Shown here piece after piece: positions 36,622-47,404 of a stretch of DNA of 64,000 nucleotides. The first letter of the stretch is position 1; each line of letters starts with the position of its first letter. Both the position numbers and the translations under genes were made by a program. Below the pieces are notes generated by a model. It did no database searches. It was not told where the DNA came from and worked only from the letters and a program-made list of their open reading frames with translations. The DNA comes from Vulcanimicrobiota bacterium (GTDB lineage: Bacteria; Vulcanimicrobiota; Vulcanimicrobiia; Vulcanimicrobiales; Vulcanimicrobiaceae): contig CAVZQC010000002.1 in assembly GCA_963777315.1 (NCBI GenBank), positions 608,001-672,000 of the forward strand, in the 5' to 3' direction.

Positions 36622-37983
36622 TGGACGCTCTAGCGCTCGCGCAACGGCTCCCGCAGCGCGTACAGCCGTACGGCACGCGCGCCCGGCTAAAAGCTGCAAG
36701 CGGCGACGTCGAAGGGCACCTCGCCCTCGCGGGGTACGACAAGCGCGCGGGGACCGCCAATTACGCGCTTCGGATCGTCAACCAGAGCAGTCTTTGCCTG
36801 CGTGCTCGAATGACGTGCGCCAAGCTGCGCGGCGAGCCGGTTCCCGCGTATCCGCTCGACGTTCGAGTCGCGCCGTTTTCCATATCGGAAACGCTGCTTC
36901 CGGTGCGCGCGGCGGACGTTGGCCCGTATGACCGTGCGATCGTGCAGATTGCCGGAGACGACGTTGCGTTTTCGCTCGAAGCGCCGGCGCCGGCGAAAAT
37001 TCCCGCGCGTTCGCGCTGGTCTGCTGCGGTGGCGGCCGCAATTGCACTGACTGCCGGAGTGTCGTTTGCCGCCGCAGTCTGCGAGCCCGCGAATACAAGC
37101 GATGGCCGCGCCGGCGCGCATCTTCCCGGGAAGCGCGCTCGACGTGCCTTACGCATTTGCCGGTTGGGCGACGATGCGGTATGCGCTCACGACCGCCGAT
37201 GGACGCCAGCTCTTTGCCGGTCTGGTGTCGGCGCATCAGGGAACGCTGCATTTCACGCTACCGGCCGGCGCAGGAGGCGACGTCGTGCTTTCCGCTCGCG
37301 TGGACGGTCCGCTCGGCTCGCTCGCGGTCGCGCGCCGGATTGCCGTTGCGCCTGCCGCCGTGCGCGCCGCGCGAAAGACCGCGCAGCTTCCCGCTCCCCG
37401 CATCAGCGAATTCGCGCTGGTGACGCAAGCAGTTCGCGCGAAAAGCGATCTCACGTTCGCGTACGCTACCAATGCGCGCGATGGAGAGATATGGCTGTTC
37501 GGCGCCGATGGGCGCCTGTGGGCGAGCGCGCCGATGAACCAGGACGGCGCGACCACGATCGCCGTGCCGCAAGGCGCGGCAGGACGCCGGCTGCGCGCGG
37601 TGCTGCACGCGCGAATCGGCGGCGCCGACACGCTGGCGAGCCTAGGCTTCACGGTGCTTCCGGCGGCTGTGCCGCCGAAAGTCGAAAGCGTTCACGCTGC
37701 CGGGGCAAAAACGCAGCCGCCGGCCCTGCGTCTTTCAACGCAATCCGCTGCGCCGGGCGAAACGGTGACCGTCGGCATCTCTGGCAAACACGGCGACGCG
37801 CGCGTTTCGGTGACCGACGCTGCAGGCAACACGATCGAGCAGGGCGACATTCCTTCGGGCCAAAACGCGATCACGATCGACGCGCCCGGCGTCAGCTCGC
37901 CCAAAACGTATTACGTGACGGCGGACGTCACGCAGGGGATCGGCGTGCAAACGTTCGTGCGCAAACTGCGCGTCGTTCCCTAG
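36621..37983 (+). CDS. Unknown membrane-anchored protein with three tandem beta-rich repeats; +1 frameshift near 37080
   Basis: ATG 36621 overlaps the upstream TGA. Protein-like sequence runs to a TM segment (AAVAAAIALTAGVSFAAAV), then continues in the +1 frame (ORF 37066..37983). Confidence 0.65.
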
Positions 37984-37985
37984 CG

Positions 37986-39212
37986 CTACGCCCTCAGCGC
38001 GTGCCATAGCTGCGAGAGCTTCGGCGGCCGCCCGTACAGCAGCATGCCGATGCGGTAAATCTTTCCACCCAGCACGGCGATGGCCCAAATTGCCGCGAGG
38101 TTGATCGCCAGAGACGCAACGATTTGCCACAGCGGCACGCTGCTCACCACGATGCGCGCGAACATGACGAACGGCGCGATGAGCGGGATGAAGCTCGTGA
38201 CGATCACGAACGGCGCGTCGGGGACTTGCAACGCCGTAACGGCGATCAGCAAAGCGGCGATGACCGGGATGAAGAACGGGCCGCCGATGCTGCCGATGTC
38301 CTCCGTTCGGTTGATCAGCGAGCCGATTGCGGCAAACATCGTGGCCATTTGCAGATAGCCGATCATGAAGAACACCACGAAGCCCACGATGTCGGCCGGC
38401 GAAATGCCGCTCAGCGAAAAAGCGTTCGAGTCCGTGGATCCGGGATTGATGCTGCCGGTTGCGCCGGGTCCGTGCGTCCCCACGATGAAGCCGATCGCGA
38501 CCCAGAGTGCCATCTGCAGAATCGCTAAGCTTGCCGATGCCGCGATCTTGCCTGCCAGCAGCGAGCTGGGACGCACCGATGCCACGAGCAGCTCGGCGAT
38601 CCGGCTGGTTTTTTCCTCGGCGACCGAGGTCATGATGAGCTGGCTGTTGAGAACGATCAGCAGGTACAACAGAAAGATCAGCACGTTTGCAACGACGCGC
38701 GCTTGATCGGCCTGCGCCGCGGTGCCGAATTTGGAGGAAAGCGGTTTGACGTCGATCGGCATCGTCAGCAGCCGATCGACTTGCCGGGCTGAAAGGTTCA
38801 TCGAAAAGCCGACGTGCAGCGCGAGCAGATCGCGCCGGACCTCGCTCACGCTCAACGAGCCGGGATCTTTGGTGTAAACCGACACGCTCAGGCCGCGAGC
38901 CGAGCGAACGAGTACGATCACCGCCGAGGCGTTCTGGTGCGACTGCAAATCGGCGGGGGTCGGATGCACGAGGCCCGGCATGGTCGCGACGATGTTGTAG
39001 TCTTTTTGCAGCATCGGTTTGGCGCGATTCACCAGCGCCGGGTCGCCCGCTAGAACGACGCGATAGGATTGGGACGCGAAGGATTCCATCAAAACGGGCA
39101 GCCGCAGCATGAGCACTATGCCTAAGGCGCCCACGACCAGCCCGATGATGAAGGCGCGCGAACGAAGCCGGCGCATCACTTCGGCGGAGTAAACGGTGAC
39201 GAACGCGTTCAC
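37986..39212 (-). CDS. ABC-2 type permease (NatB/YhaP-like)
   Basis: SVAEEKTSRIAELLVASV.P..LLAGKI, SFIPLIAPFVM..R, KIYRIGML.YG; GTG 39212 overlaps the ATPase stop. Confidence 0.88.
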   Translation of the reverse strand: MNAFVTVYSAEVMRRLRSRAFIIGLVVGALGIVLMLRLPVLMESFASQSYRVVLAGDPALVNRAKPMLQKDYNIVATMPGLVHPTPADLQSHQNASAVIVLVRSARGLSVSVYTKDPGSLSVSEVRRDLLALHVGFSMNLSARQVDRLLTMPIDVKPLSSKFGTAAQADQARVVANVLIFLLYLLIVLNSQLIMTSVAEEKTSRIAELLVASVRPSSLLAGKIAASASLAILQMALWVAIGFIVGTHGPGATGSINPGSTDSNAFSLSGISPADIVGFVVFFMIGYLQMATMFAAIGSLINRTEDIGSIGGPFFIPVIAALLIAVTALQVPDAPFVIVTSFIPLIAPFVMFARIVVSSVPLWQIVASLAINLAAIWAIAVLGGKIYRIGMLLYGRPPKLSQLWHALRA

Positions 39213-40108
39213 GTTGACTGCTCGATCGTGCGGATGTAGATGTCGTGCAGTGAGGGCTCTATCGACTCGAAACGCGTGATCGCATCGGCATCGATCAATT
39301 CGCGCAACAGGGCCGGCAGCGGCGTGCCGGCCGGAACTTCGTAATACAGCGCACCGTTGTCGCTGGGCAGCGCGCGAGTCTGTGGCACGCCTTCGAGCAC
39401 GAGCCTGACGGCGCCGGAGTGCGGCTCGACCTTGATCACCCGAGTCGGCCATGCGGCGCGCAGCTGGGCGAGCGTTCCGGCCGCGCGGTTGCGTCCGGCG
39501 GTGATGATGCAGAACTCATCGCAAAGCTGCTCGAGCTGCCACATTTGATGGCTCGAGAGCACCAGCGCGGTCCCACGCTTGCGAAGTTCTTCCAGCGTGT
39601 GCAGCAAAGCATCGGCGTTGACGGGATCGAGCCCCGAAAACGGTTCGTCCAGGATCAGCAGTTCCGGATCGTGGACCGCGGCGCACGCCACCTGCACCTT
39701 CTGCTGGTTGCCTTTGGAAAGCTCCGCGCACGGTCTGGAGGCATAGCTTTGCAGCCCGAGCTTTTCTATCCAGCCGTCCGCCCGAGTTCCGGCGTCGGGT
39801 TCGGTCAAACCGTGGAGGCGTCCGAAATAAACGATTTGGTCGCGGACCTGCATCTTGCCGTAGAGGCCGCGCTCTTCGGGCAAATACCCGAATCTGCGGC
39901 GCACGCGATCGGTGATCGGTAAGCCGTCCCACGTTACGCGGCCGCCGTCGGGAGCATAGATTCCCACGATCATGCGCATCGTCGTGGTTTTTCCGGCGCC
40001 GTTGGGGCCGAGCAAGCCGAACGTGTGCCCGCGGTCGATGCGGAACGACACGTCGCTCACGGCGCGGACGGCGCCGAAATCTTTGCCAACGCGATCGACC
40101 TCGAGCAT
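39209..40108 (-). CDS. ABC transporter ATP-binding protein (NatA/YhaQ-like)
   Basis: GPNGAGKTT, GYLPEERGLY, LSKGNQQK, ILDEPFSGLDP. Confidence 0.92.
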   Translation of the reverse strand: MLEVDRVGKDFGAVRAVSDVSFRIDRGHTFGLLGPNGAGKTTTMRMIVGIYAPDGGRVTWDGLPITDRVRRRFGYLPEERGLYGKMQVRDQIVYFGRLHGLTEPDAGTRADGWIEKLGLQSYASRPCAELSKGNQQKVQVACAAVHDPELLILDEPFSGLDPVNADALLHTLEELRKRGTALVLSSHQMWQLEQLCDEFCIITAGRNRAAGTLAQLRAAWPTRVIKVEPHSGAVRLVLEGVPQTRALPSDNGALYYEVPAGTPLPALLRELIDADAITRFESIEPSLHDIYIRTIEQST

Positions 40109-40138
40109 GGATCGACGGTTATGCCGCGGCAGCGACGA

Positions 40139-41536
40139 TCAAGACGTCTGCAGATCCGATATCCACGATTGCACCGCGTCGGGCGCGGACGGCAGAATGG
40201 CGGAAAGGTTGTCGTGGCCGCCGCCGGTGACCAGAACGTCGTCTTCGATCCGCACGCCGATTCCGCGGAAACGCTCGGGAACGGTCGCATCGTCCGGCTG
40301 AAAGTAAAGCCCCGGTTCGACCGTGAGAACCATGCCGGTGCGCAGCTTGCCGTAACGGTACGTTTCACTTCGCGCTTTCGCGCAGTCGTGCACGTCGAGC
40401 CCGAGCATATGACTGACGTTATGAAGCGTATAGCGCTTGTGATACTGCTTTTGCGGATCCAGCGCTTCGTCGAGCGAGCACCGCAATACCCCAAGATCGA
40501 TCAACCCCTGCGCAAGCACGCGCATCGCGGCCCGATTGGGTTCCAAAAATTCGTTGCCCGGACGCACCTGAGCGAATGCGGCGCGCTGCGACTCGTAGAC
40601 CAGCTCGTACAAAGCGCGTTGTTCGCCGCTGAAGGTTCCGGAAATCGGCAGCGTGCGCGTGATATCGGCCGTGTACAGCGATTCGGCTTCCACGCCCGCA
40701 TCCAGCAGCAGCAAGTCACCTGCATGAAGTTCGCCCCCGTTGTGGTTCCAATGCAGTGTGCAGGCATGCGTTCCGGCTGCGGCTATGGTCAAATATCCTA
40801 CGTCGTGGGCTTCGATGCGCGCGCGGCTCCAGAAGGCGGCCTCGATCTCGCGTTCCGATCGTGCGCGCCCAAGAATACGGATGACGTCTTCAAACGCGCG
40901 TTTGGTGATCTCCACGCAACGGCGAAGTTCGGCGATTTCGTAGTCGTCTTTGATCAAACGCATTTCCGCCAGATGCGCGGCCAGTTCGGCATCTTCGTCG
41001 ACCGCACGCACGGTGCAGCCGCGAATGCGCAGATCTTCCAGATACTGCTCGATCTCGCCGATCGGCCGGCATGCCTCGACCCCGAAGTACAGCTGGCTTT
41101 CGTCCACGCCGCGATGGCGGCCGACCCAAAGTTCGCCGTGCACGCGGTCGGTGAAAAATTCCGCTTGACCGCGGTTGTGCGGCGGCACGAACAAGATTGC
41201 GCGATGCCCGCCGTCGTGCGGCTCGAGCACGAGCAATCCGGCAGGCTCGCCGGGGCCGACCAGATACGCAAAATCGCTCGACGGGCGAAACCGGAAATTC
41301 GTGTCGTTCGCGCGCACCTTTTCCGTCCCGGACGCTACGAGCACGTGCGTGCCGGGAAACGCTTGCGACAGCGCGCGCCTGCGTTCTTTGAAGCGAGCGC
41401 TCTGCGGCGCAGTCGCCACGGTAATCGGCGCGTCCATCCATCCCGTCGACATGAATTCAACCAATGCGGGAGGCGGATCGGTATCGTAGTTCGTCTTGGG
41501 CGGGGCCGGCTGCGGCGGCGTGCTGCGAATGTCCAT
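40139..41536 (-). CDS. pepP: Xaa-Pro aminopeptidase P
   Basis: FRPSSDFAYL, CTLHW, LLDAG, YTADITRT, HMLGLDVHD, TVEPGLYF, GVRIEDD. Confidence 0.92.
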   Translation of the reverse strand: MDIRSTPPQPAPPKTNYDTDPPPALVEFMSTGWMDAPITVATAPQSARFKERRRALSQAFPGTHVLVASGTEKVRANDTNFRFRPSSDFAYLVGPGEPAGLLVLEPHDGGHRAILFVPPHNRGQAEFFTDRVHGELWVGRHRGVDESQLYFGVEACRPIGEIEQYLEDLRIRGCTVRAVDEDAELAAHLAEMRLIKDDYEIAELRRCVEITKRAFEDVIRILGRARSEREIEAAFWSRARIEAHDVGYLTIAAAGTHACTLHWNHNGGELHAGDLLLLDAGVEAESLYTADITRTLPISGTFSGEQRALYELVYESQRAAFAQVRPGNEFLEPNRAAMRVLAQGLIDLGVLRCSLDEALDPQKQYHKRYTLHNVSHMLGLDVHDCAKARSETYRYGKLRTGMVLTVEPGLYFQPDDATVPERFRGIGVRIEDDVLVTGGGHDNLSAILPSAPDAVQSWISDLQTS

Positions 41537-41539
41537 GCC

Positions 41540-42388
41540 CTATGTTTCTACGTCGAGTCCCAAATCCAGCGCCGGAGCGCTGTGGGTGATCCAGCCCGAT
41601 GAAATCAGATCTACGCCCGCGGCCGCCACGCTCGCGACGCTCTCTTCCGAGATGCCCCCCGAGGCCTCGCTGATCGCGCGTCCGCCGATCATCCGTACCG
41701 CCTGCGCAAGCCGTTCGGGCGGCATGTTGTCCAGGAGCACGGCGTCGATCCGCGTTTCCAGGGCTTGGGCCAGCTGATCGAGCGTATCGACCTCCACTTC
41801 GATCTTCACCATGTGGCCGGCACGTTCGCGCGCGGACTGCACCGCTGCGGCGATCGAACCCGACAGCGCGAGATGATTGTCTTTGATCAGAACGCCGTCG
41901 TCCAAACCGAACCGGTGATTGGCGCCGCCGCCGCAGCGCACGGCATATTTTTCCAGCGCGCGCAAGCCCGGCGTCGTCTTGCGAGTGCAGACGATTTGCG
42001 CGCGGTACGGCGCAACTAAGTCCACCAAGCGCCGTGTCGCAGTCGCGATTCCGGACAGCCGGCACATGAGATTGAGCGCGGTGCGTTCGCCGGTAAGCAG
42101 CGCTTGCGCGCTGCTCGATATCGTGGATATGGTCTGCTGCGGCTGTACGCGGTCGCCGTCGCGCACGTGATTGCGAATCTTCGCGCCCGGATCGAGCAGT
42201 TCGAACGTTATGCGGGCGGCGTCGATTCCCGCGACGATTCCGCCGGTCCGCGCGACGATTCGGCCGGTCGCGCGCAGGTCCGAGGGCACGATTGCCTCCG
42301 TGGTGAGATCGCCGCCGTGACCGATGTCTTCCAGCAGCGCGTTTCGCACGATCGGCTCGAACACGAGCCGGTGAGGACTGCTATGCAA
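41540..42388 (-). CDS. nadC: Quinolinate phosphoribosyltransferase
   Basis: ALLEDIG..GDLTT, TGERTALN, CTRKTTPGLR, HRFGL, IKDNH, EVEVD, LLDN, EASGG; start uncertain (TTG 42388). Confidence 0.95.
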   Translation of the reverse strand: MHSSPHRLVFEPIVRNALLEDIGHGGDLTTEAIVPSDLRATGRIVARTGGIVAGIDAARITFELLDPGAKIRNHVRDGDRVQPQQTISTISSSAQALLTGERTALNLMCRLSGIATATRRLVDLVAPYRAQIVCTRKTTPGLRALEKYAVRCGGGANHRFGLDDGVLIKDNHLALSGSIAAAVQSARERAGHMVKIEVEVDTLDQLAQALETRIDAVLLDNMPPERLAQAVRMIGGRAISEASGGISEESVASVAAAGVDLISSGWITHSAPALDLGLDVET

Positions 42389-43925
42389 CGCCGGCGAGCG
42401 TGGTGAACGAGCGTTTGGCAAAAGCTTGATCCGCATGCGGGTAATCGCTGCGGTAGTGGCTTCCGCGGCTTTCTTTGCGCGCGAGCGCCGCCCGCGCGAT
42501 CAGGCGTCCCACCGTAATCAAATTGCGCAGCTCGTTGCTTTGCGCCGGGTGCGCGCCGTCCAACGACGCCAGCCGCTCCAGCGCGGCGCGCAAGCCCGAA
42601 TCGTCACGCACCAGTCCGACGTTGGCGTACATCAGGGCTCGCACGTCGGCAACGGCTTGATCGTCGTCGTCGCTCGCCGGTTGCGTCGCCAAGCCATATT
42701 CGAACCGCGTCGACGCTGCCGGCAGCCGGGCGCCGGCGACGTCTTTGGCCACTCGGGTTGCGTATACGAGCGCTTCGAGCAGCGAATTGCTGGCCAAACG
42801 ATTCGCGCCGTGCACGCCGGTGGCGCTGGTTTCGCCGCATGCCCACAGACCTGCAAGCGACGAACGGCCCCAGGCATCGACGGCGATTCCTCCCATATGA
42901 TAATGCGCGGCGGGCGTGACCGGTATTGCGATCCGGCGCGGATCGATTCCCGCGTGCATGCACGCGGCGAACACCGTGGGAAACGCCCGCGGAAAGGCAT
43001 CGCCGATCGTTTCGCGCGCGTCAAGGCCGACGGTCCGGCCCGCGCGCTGCTGAAAAAAGATCGCTCGTGCAACGACGTCCCGGGGCGCGAGTTCGGCATC
43101 CTCGTGCAGGTCGAGCATGAAACGTTCGCCCAAATCGTTGCGTAGGATCGCGCCTTCACCCCGAATCGCTTCCGTCACCAGCGGCAGCGGATCGCTCGCG
43201 ACCGCGAGCGCCGTCGGATGAAACTGCACGAACTCGACGTCGCCCAGTACCGCTCCCGCGCGCGCGGCCATCGCCGCTCCGTCGCCGGTGGATTGCGGCG
43301 GGTTGGTCGTGTAACGGTAGAGCCGCCCGATGCCTCCGCTAGCCAGAACCGTTGCTCGCGAATGCACGATCAAGTATTCGCGCGTATCGGCATGGTGAGC
43401 GTACACGCCGGTGACGCGGCCGTCGGTTACGATGAGATCGTCGGCGACGACGTTTTCGAGCACGGCGATCGCCGGCGTCGCCCGAACCGCCGTTATCAGC
43501 GTGGTGAGAATCTCGCGGCCGGTTGCGTCCCCGCCGGCTTTGATGATGCGCCGTCGCGTGTGCGCGGCTTCGCGTCCCAGCGCCAGCGTGCCGGCCGCAG
43601 TGCGATCGAACGCTGCGCCGAGCTCGAGCAGATCTTCGATGCGCGCGGGCGCATCGCGGGTGAGGATATCGACGATCGCTTCGTCCGAAAGGCCTGCGCC
43701 TGCACGCTGCGTGTCGATTTTGTGCAGCGCCGGCGAATCGTCCGCGCCGATCGCGGCCGCAATGCCGCCCTGCGCCCAATCGGTGGTGGCGCCGCTTCCC
43801 AGCGCCGTTTTGCACAGCACCGTCACTGCAGGGCCGGAGCCCGCGCCGGTGCGGTGCGGCGCGAGTTTGAGCGCAGCGGTCAAACCTCCGATGCCCGCAC
43901 CGACGATGAGGACGTCGCTATGCAC
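42381..43925 (-). CDS. nadB: L-aspartate oxidase
   Basis: [64 protein letters not shown]. Confidence 0.95.
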   Translation of the reverse strand: MHSDVLIVGAGIGGLTAALKLAPHRTGAGSGPAVTVLCKTALGSGATTDWAQGGIAAAIGADDSPALHKIDTQRAGAGLSDEAIVDILTRDAPARIEDLLELGAAFDRTAAGTLALGREAAHTRRRIIKAGGDATGREILTTLITAVRATPAIAVLENVVADDLIVTDGRVTGVYAHHADTREYLIVHSRATVLASGGIGRLYRYTTNPPQSTGDGAAMAARAGAVLGDVEFVQFHPTALAVASDPLPLVTEAIRGEGAILRNDLGERFMLDLHEDAELAPRDVVARAIFFQQRAGRTVGLDARETIGDAFPRAFPTVFAACMHAGIDPRRIAIPVTPAAHYHMGGIAVDAWGRSSLAGLWACGETSATGVHGANRLASNSLLEALVYATRVAKDVAGARLPAASTRFEYGLATQPASDDDDQAVADVRALMYANVGLVRDDSGLRAALERLASLDGAHPAQSNELRNLITVGRLIARAALARKESRGSHYRSDYPHADQAFAKRSFTTLAGVA

Positions 43926-44949
43926 TGTACTGCAGCATCCGCTCCACGGCAGCACGCGCACGCTGCGCGACGGCAGGCTCGATGCGGACTTCGTACTCCA
44001 TGGTCTGCAGCGAGTGCAATATCTTGGGTAGCGTATTGCGTTTCATGTGCGGGCACAGATTGCACGGGCGCACGAACTCGACTTGCGGGAATCGCGCCGA
44101 CACGTTGTCGGCCATCGAACACTCGGTGATCATCACGACGCGCGGTTTGCCGGCGCCGGCGCGAGCCGCAAGCGTCTCCACGTACCGTCCCATTCCTTGC
44201 GTCGATCCGACGTAATCGCAGGCGGCCAAAACGTCGGGAGGACATTCCGGATGTGCGAGAACGACCAGCGACGGATCGTCCTGGCGGTAAGCGCGGATTT
44301 GATCGCCGGTAAAGCGCTCGTGCACTTCGCAGTGCCCCTTCCATGCAACGATCTGCACGTCAGTCTGGGACGCGACCCACTTGGCCAGATATTCGTCGGG
44401 AAGAAAGATGACGCGCGCAGCGCCTAGCGCTTTGACGATTTTGAGCGCATTGCCGCTGGTCACGCACACGTCGGATTCGGCTTTGACTTCCGCCGACGTA
44501 TTGACGTACGTCACGACCGGAACGCCGGGATAGCGCTCGCGCAAAAGCCGCACGTCGGCGGCCGTGATCGACTCGGCCAGCGAACAGCCCGCGCGCAAGT
44601 CCGGCACGAGAACGGTTTTGCCCGGGTTGACCAGCTTGGCGGTTTCGGCCATGAAATGCACGCCGCAGACGACGATGACTTGCGCGTCGGTGCGCGCGGC
44701 TTCCATCGCCAAACCCAGCGAATCACCCACGATGTCGGCGACGGTGTGAAAAATCTCGGGCACCTGGTAGTTGTGCGCAAGAATGACTGCGTTGCGCTCG
44801 CGTTTGAGCCGCTGTATTTCGGCGACATAGGGGGCGTGGATAGGCCATTCGACGGCCGGGATAACGTGCGCGACGCGCTCGAAGATGGGCCGGGTCTGCG
44901 CCTGCACTTCCGGCGTGTACGGCAATTCCGCAGCGGTCATTCCTTTCAT
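43918..44949 (-). CDS. nadA: Quinolinate synthase
   Basis: [44 protein letters not shown]. Confidence 0.96.
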   Translation of the reverse strand: MKGMTAAELPYTPEVQAQTRPIFERVAHVIPAVEWPIHAPYVAEIQRLKRERNAVILAHNYQVPEIFHTVADIVGDSLGLAMEAARTDAQVIVVCGVHFMAETAKLVNPGKTVLVPDLRAGCSLAESITAADVRLLRERYPGVPVVTYVNTSAEVKAESDVCVTSGNALKIVKALGAARVIFLPDEYLAKWVASQTDVQIVAWKGHCEVHERFTGDQIRAYRQDDPSLVVLAHPECPPDVLAACDYVGSTQGMGRYVETLAARAGAGKPRVVMITECSMADNVSARFPQVEFVRPCNLCPHMKRNTLPKILHSLQTMEYEVRIEPAVAQRARAAVERMLQYSA

Positions 44950-44975
44950 AAGACCCGCTTAAAAGGGCGCGGTTT

Positions 44976-45899
44976 TCACCTGCCGGTCAGGAAACCGGCT
45001 ATGTCGGCGTGCAGTTGCTCGGGCTTGTCGAACATGATGAAGTGCCTGGACCCTTGCACGATCTCCACCTTGGCCGTGGCGTCACCCGAAAGCAGTCCGG
45101 CATAGTAGGCCGCTTTGGCTGCCGGAGTCGCGAACCTCGAGCCGTCCAGCGTGGGATCGTAGGGAGCGATCTCGAGCAGCGGCACGCCGACCTTTTGCAA
45201 TTGCGGGCGCAGGTCGAGAACGAGATCCTGCGAGATCCAAGCCGCCACGGCTTTGGGATCGCTTCTGGCGGTAAGCGGTGCGACGGCATCGATGTCCGCT
45301 TTCGAGCTGATCATGTACGGCAAGGTGTACGTCTTTTCGGCTTGTTCGAACAGCTGGGGCGTCGAAGCGGACTGGATCATGGAACTCATGCGCTGCGCGC
45401 CTTGAGCGCGCTGCTGCGGCGTCTCGCGTTCGGAACCGGGGTAGATCGGAAGTCCGTCGACGGCGATTACGCCGCCGAGGCGGTCGGAATGCTGTTCCGC
45501 CAGCATGATCGCCAGCGTGCCGCCCAGGCTGTGCCCGATGAGGATGGGCTTGGATATCTGATGGCTTTGCAGCATGCTCCAAACATCACCGCTCGTGCTC
45601 GCGAACAAATCGCCCGAAGCCGTTGCAACCCCATCGAAACCGGGCAACGTGAGCGCATAAATCGTGTAGCTGGGAGCGAGCCGCTCGATCTCGGCGGACC
45701 ACTCCCAAGGCCCGCATGCCAACCCCGGAATGAAGACGAGCGCCGGTTTTCCCGGCGTGCCGTACACGTCGACGCGCATGCTTCCGGCGTTGAACGAAGA
45801 CGCGGGTTTGGGAAGCGGCGGTCCCACGGCAGCCCATGCGGGAGCGGCAACAAGCAGTGCGGCCAGCATCAGCGCCGCGCAAATCAGCGTGCGTTTCAT
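44976..45899 (-). CDS. Secreted alpha/beta hydrolase
   Basis: Signal peptide, FIPGL, TLPGF, nucleophile elbow GHSLGG, RHFIMFDKP. Confidence 0.85.
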   Translation of the reverse strand: MKRTLICAALMLAALLVAAPAWAAVGPPLPKPASSFNAGSMRVDVYGTPGKPALVFIPGLACGPWEWSAEIERLAPSYTIYALTLPGFDGVATASGDLFASTSGDVWSMLQSHQISKPILIGHSLGGTLAIMLAEQHSDRLGGVIAVDGLPIYPGSERETPQQRAQGAQRMSSMIQSASTPQLFEQAEKTYTLPYMISSKADIDAVAPLTARSDPKAVAAWISQDLVLDLRPQLQKVGVPLLEIAPYDPTLDGSRFATPAAKAAYYAGLLSGDATAKVEIVQGSRHFIMFDKPEQLHADIAGFLTGR

Positions 45900-45981
45900 C
45901 AGTATCCTCCGATCGGGCGGCAGTTTCTCTTACGATTCGTTCGCCTCCAATTGTACGTGCGGCATACGGTATACTGTATTC

Positions 45982-46194
45982 ATGGCCAGACAACGCAAGG
46001 GCGGCGACCCCGGCGGACAGCGGTTCCAGGCGAGTTTTCAGACGCTTCGCTTGAAGAAACCGGCCGCCGCACTGCCGCAAGCGCCGGCAGCGCAAGAAAA
46101 CGACTCGGCGAGCCAAGAGCCCGGCGCACCCGCCGTTCCGGCGGCACCCGCGACGATGAAGCGACCCGGCGCCCGTAAGAAAGTGAAACGCTGA
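45982..46194 (+). CDS. Small basic low-complexity hypothetical protein (possibly leaderless)
   Basis: MARQRKGGDPGG...KRPGARKKVKR; TATACT (45970-45975) lies 6 nt before the ATG. Confidence 0.45.
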   Translation: MARQRKGGDPGGQRFQASFQTLRLKKPAAALPQAPAAQENDSASQEPGAPAVPAAPATMKRPGARKKVKR

Positions 46195-46288
46195 AGGTAT
46201 TTCAGCCGGTTGGGTAAGCTCGGCAGATGCGCCGGGCCGGCGCAATATGTCTACTATCGCTTCTTTCGTAAAGGTTGGAAAACTGCAA

Positions 46289-46843
46289 GTGTTAGCACAG
46301 GTTGGTAAACCCGCACCCGATTTTGAGTTGCCCAGCACCAAGGGCGCGAGCAGCGCCAAAGATCTCGGCACAAAGGTCAAGCTCTCCGACTATCGCGGAA
46401 AGTGGCTGATCTTTTTCTTTTATCCGCTGGACTTTACGTTCGTGTGTCCGACGGAGATTACCGCGCTGTCGGATCGCTACGGTGAATTGCGCGAGTTCGA
46501 TGCCGAAGTGCTGGGATGTTCGTGCGATTCCGAACACAGCCATTGGGCGTGGATGAAAGTACCGCGCGAGCAGAACGGCATCGCCGGCTTGAAGTATCCG
46601 CTGGCTTCCGACTACACCAAGGAAACGGCGCGCGCGTACGGCGTGCTCGATGAAAAAAGCGGCGTAGCTCAGCGCGGTCTGTTTATCGTCAATCCCGAGG
46701 GGATTCTCAAGTACGCCGTCGTTACGGACGACAACGTCGGGCGCAGCGTGGAGGAAACGATCCGCGTGCTGCAAGCCCTGCAAACCGGCGGTCTTTGCCC
46801 GGCGGAATGGAAACCCGGCAAAGCGCTCCTGCAGAAGGCGTAG
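46289..46843 (+). CDS. 2-Cys peroxiredoxin (AhpC/TSA, Bacillus YkuU/AhpA-like)
   Basis: FFYPLDFTFVCPTE, QRGLFI, GRSVEE, LQTGGLCPAEWKPG. Confidence 0.93.
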   Translation: MLAQVGKPAPDFELPSTKGASSAKDLGTKVKLSDYRGKWLIFFFYPLDFTFVCPTEITALSDRYGELREFDAEVLGCSCDSEHSHWAWMKVPREQNGIAGLKYPLASDYTKETARAYGVLDEKSGVAQRGLFIVNPEGILKYAVVTDDNVGRSVEETIRVLQALQTGGLCPAEWKPGKALLQKA

Positions 46844-47353
46844 ATGCCGTTGCGTATGCGCAGCCTCCTCCCCTCGCTGGAGGGAGTTGCCGCATGGGTG
46901 AACGGGCAACCGAACGACGCGGACTTGGCGGGACGGCCGGTGCTCGTTCACTTTTGGTCGATCAGTTGTTACCTGTGCCATAGCGTCGTAGATCAGGTCA
47001 ATGGCTGGCGCGACGAATATGCTGCCGACGGCCTGGCGTTCTTGAGCGTTCACCAGCCGAGATCGCCTGCCGAACTCGACGCGCAGGCGGTTCGAGAAGA
47101 TGCGCTGCAGGCGATGAAGATGACCCAGCCCTGCGCTATCGACAACGAGCATACGATCGTCGATCGCTTCGAGAACCAGTTCGTGCCCGCGTACTACATC
47201 TTCGATCGATCGCATCACCTGCGCCACTTCCAAGCCGGCGACAAGGGCTACGAGCGCATAGAATCCGCTCTGGATCGCGTGGTACGCGAACAGTCGGTTC
47301 CTCAGCTCCTGACCGCAACTCTCATCGCCGATCCTGATTGTAGGCGTGCGTAA
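46844..47353 (+). CDS. TlpA-like thiol-disulfide oxidoreductase (Bacillus YkuV/AhpT-like)
   Basis: HFWSISCYLC, VHQPRS, FENQFVPAYYIFD, LRHFQAG. Confidence 0.85.
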   Translation: MPLRMRSLLPSLEGVAAWVNGQPNDADLAGRPVLVHFWSISCYLCHSVVDQVNGWRDEYAADGLAFLSVHQPRSPAELDAQAVREDALQAMKMTQPCAIDNEHTIVDRFENQFVPAYYIFDRSHHLRHFQAGDKGYERIESALDRVVREQSVPQLLTATLIADPDCRRA

Positions 47354-47404
47354 TGCGCAAAAGCAGGGTAGATGCTTTTCGCTATTCTGAAACTGGAGGA
47401 ATTC

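Noticed and set aside
36207..38009. 600-aa ORF in the track
   Set aside because: Only 36621-37080 is protein-like; the flanks are off-frame reads of tadE and of the frameshifted 3' half.
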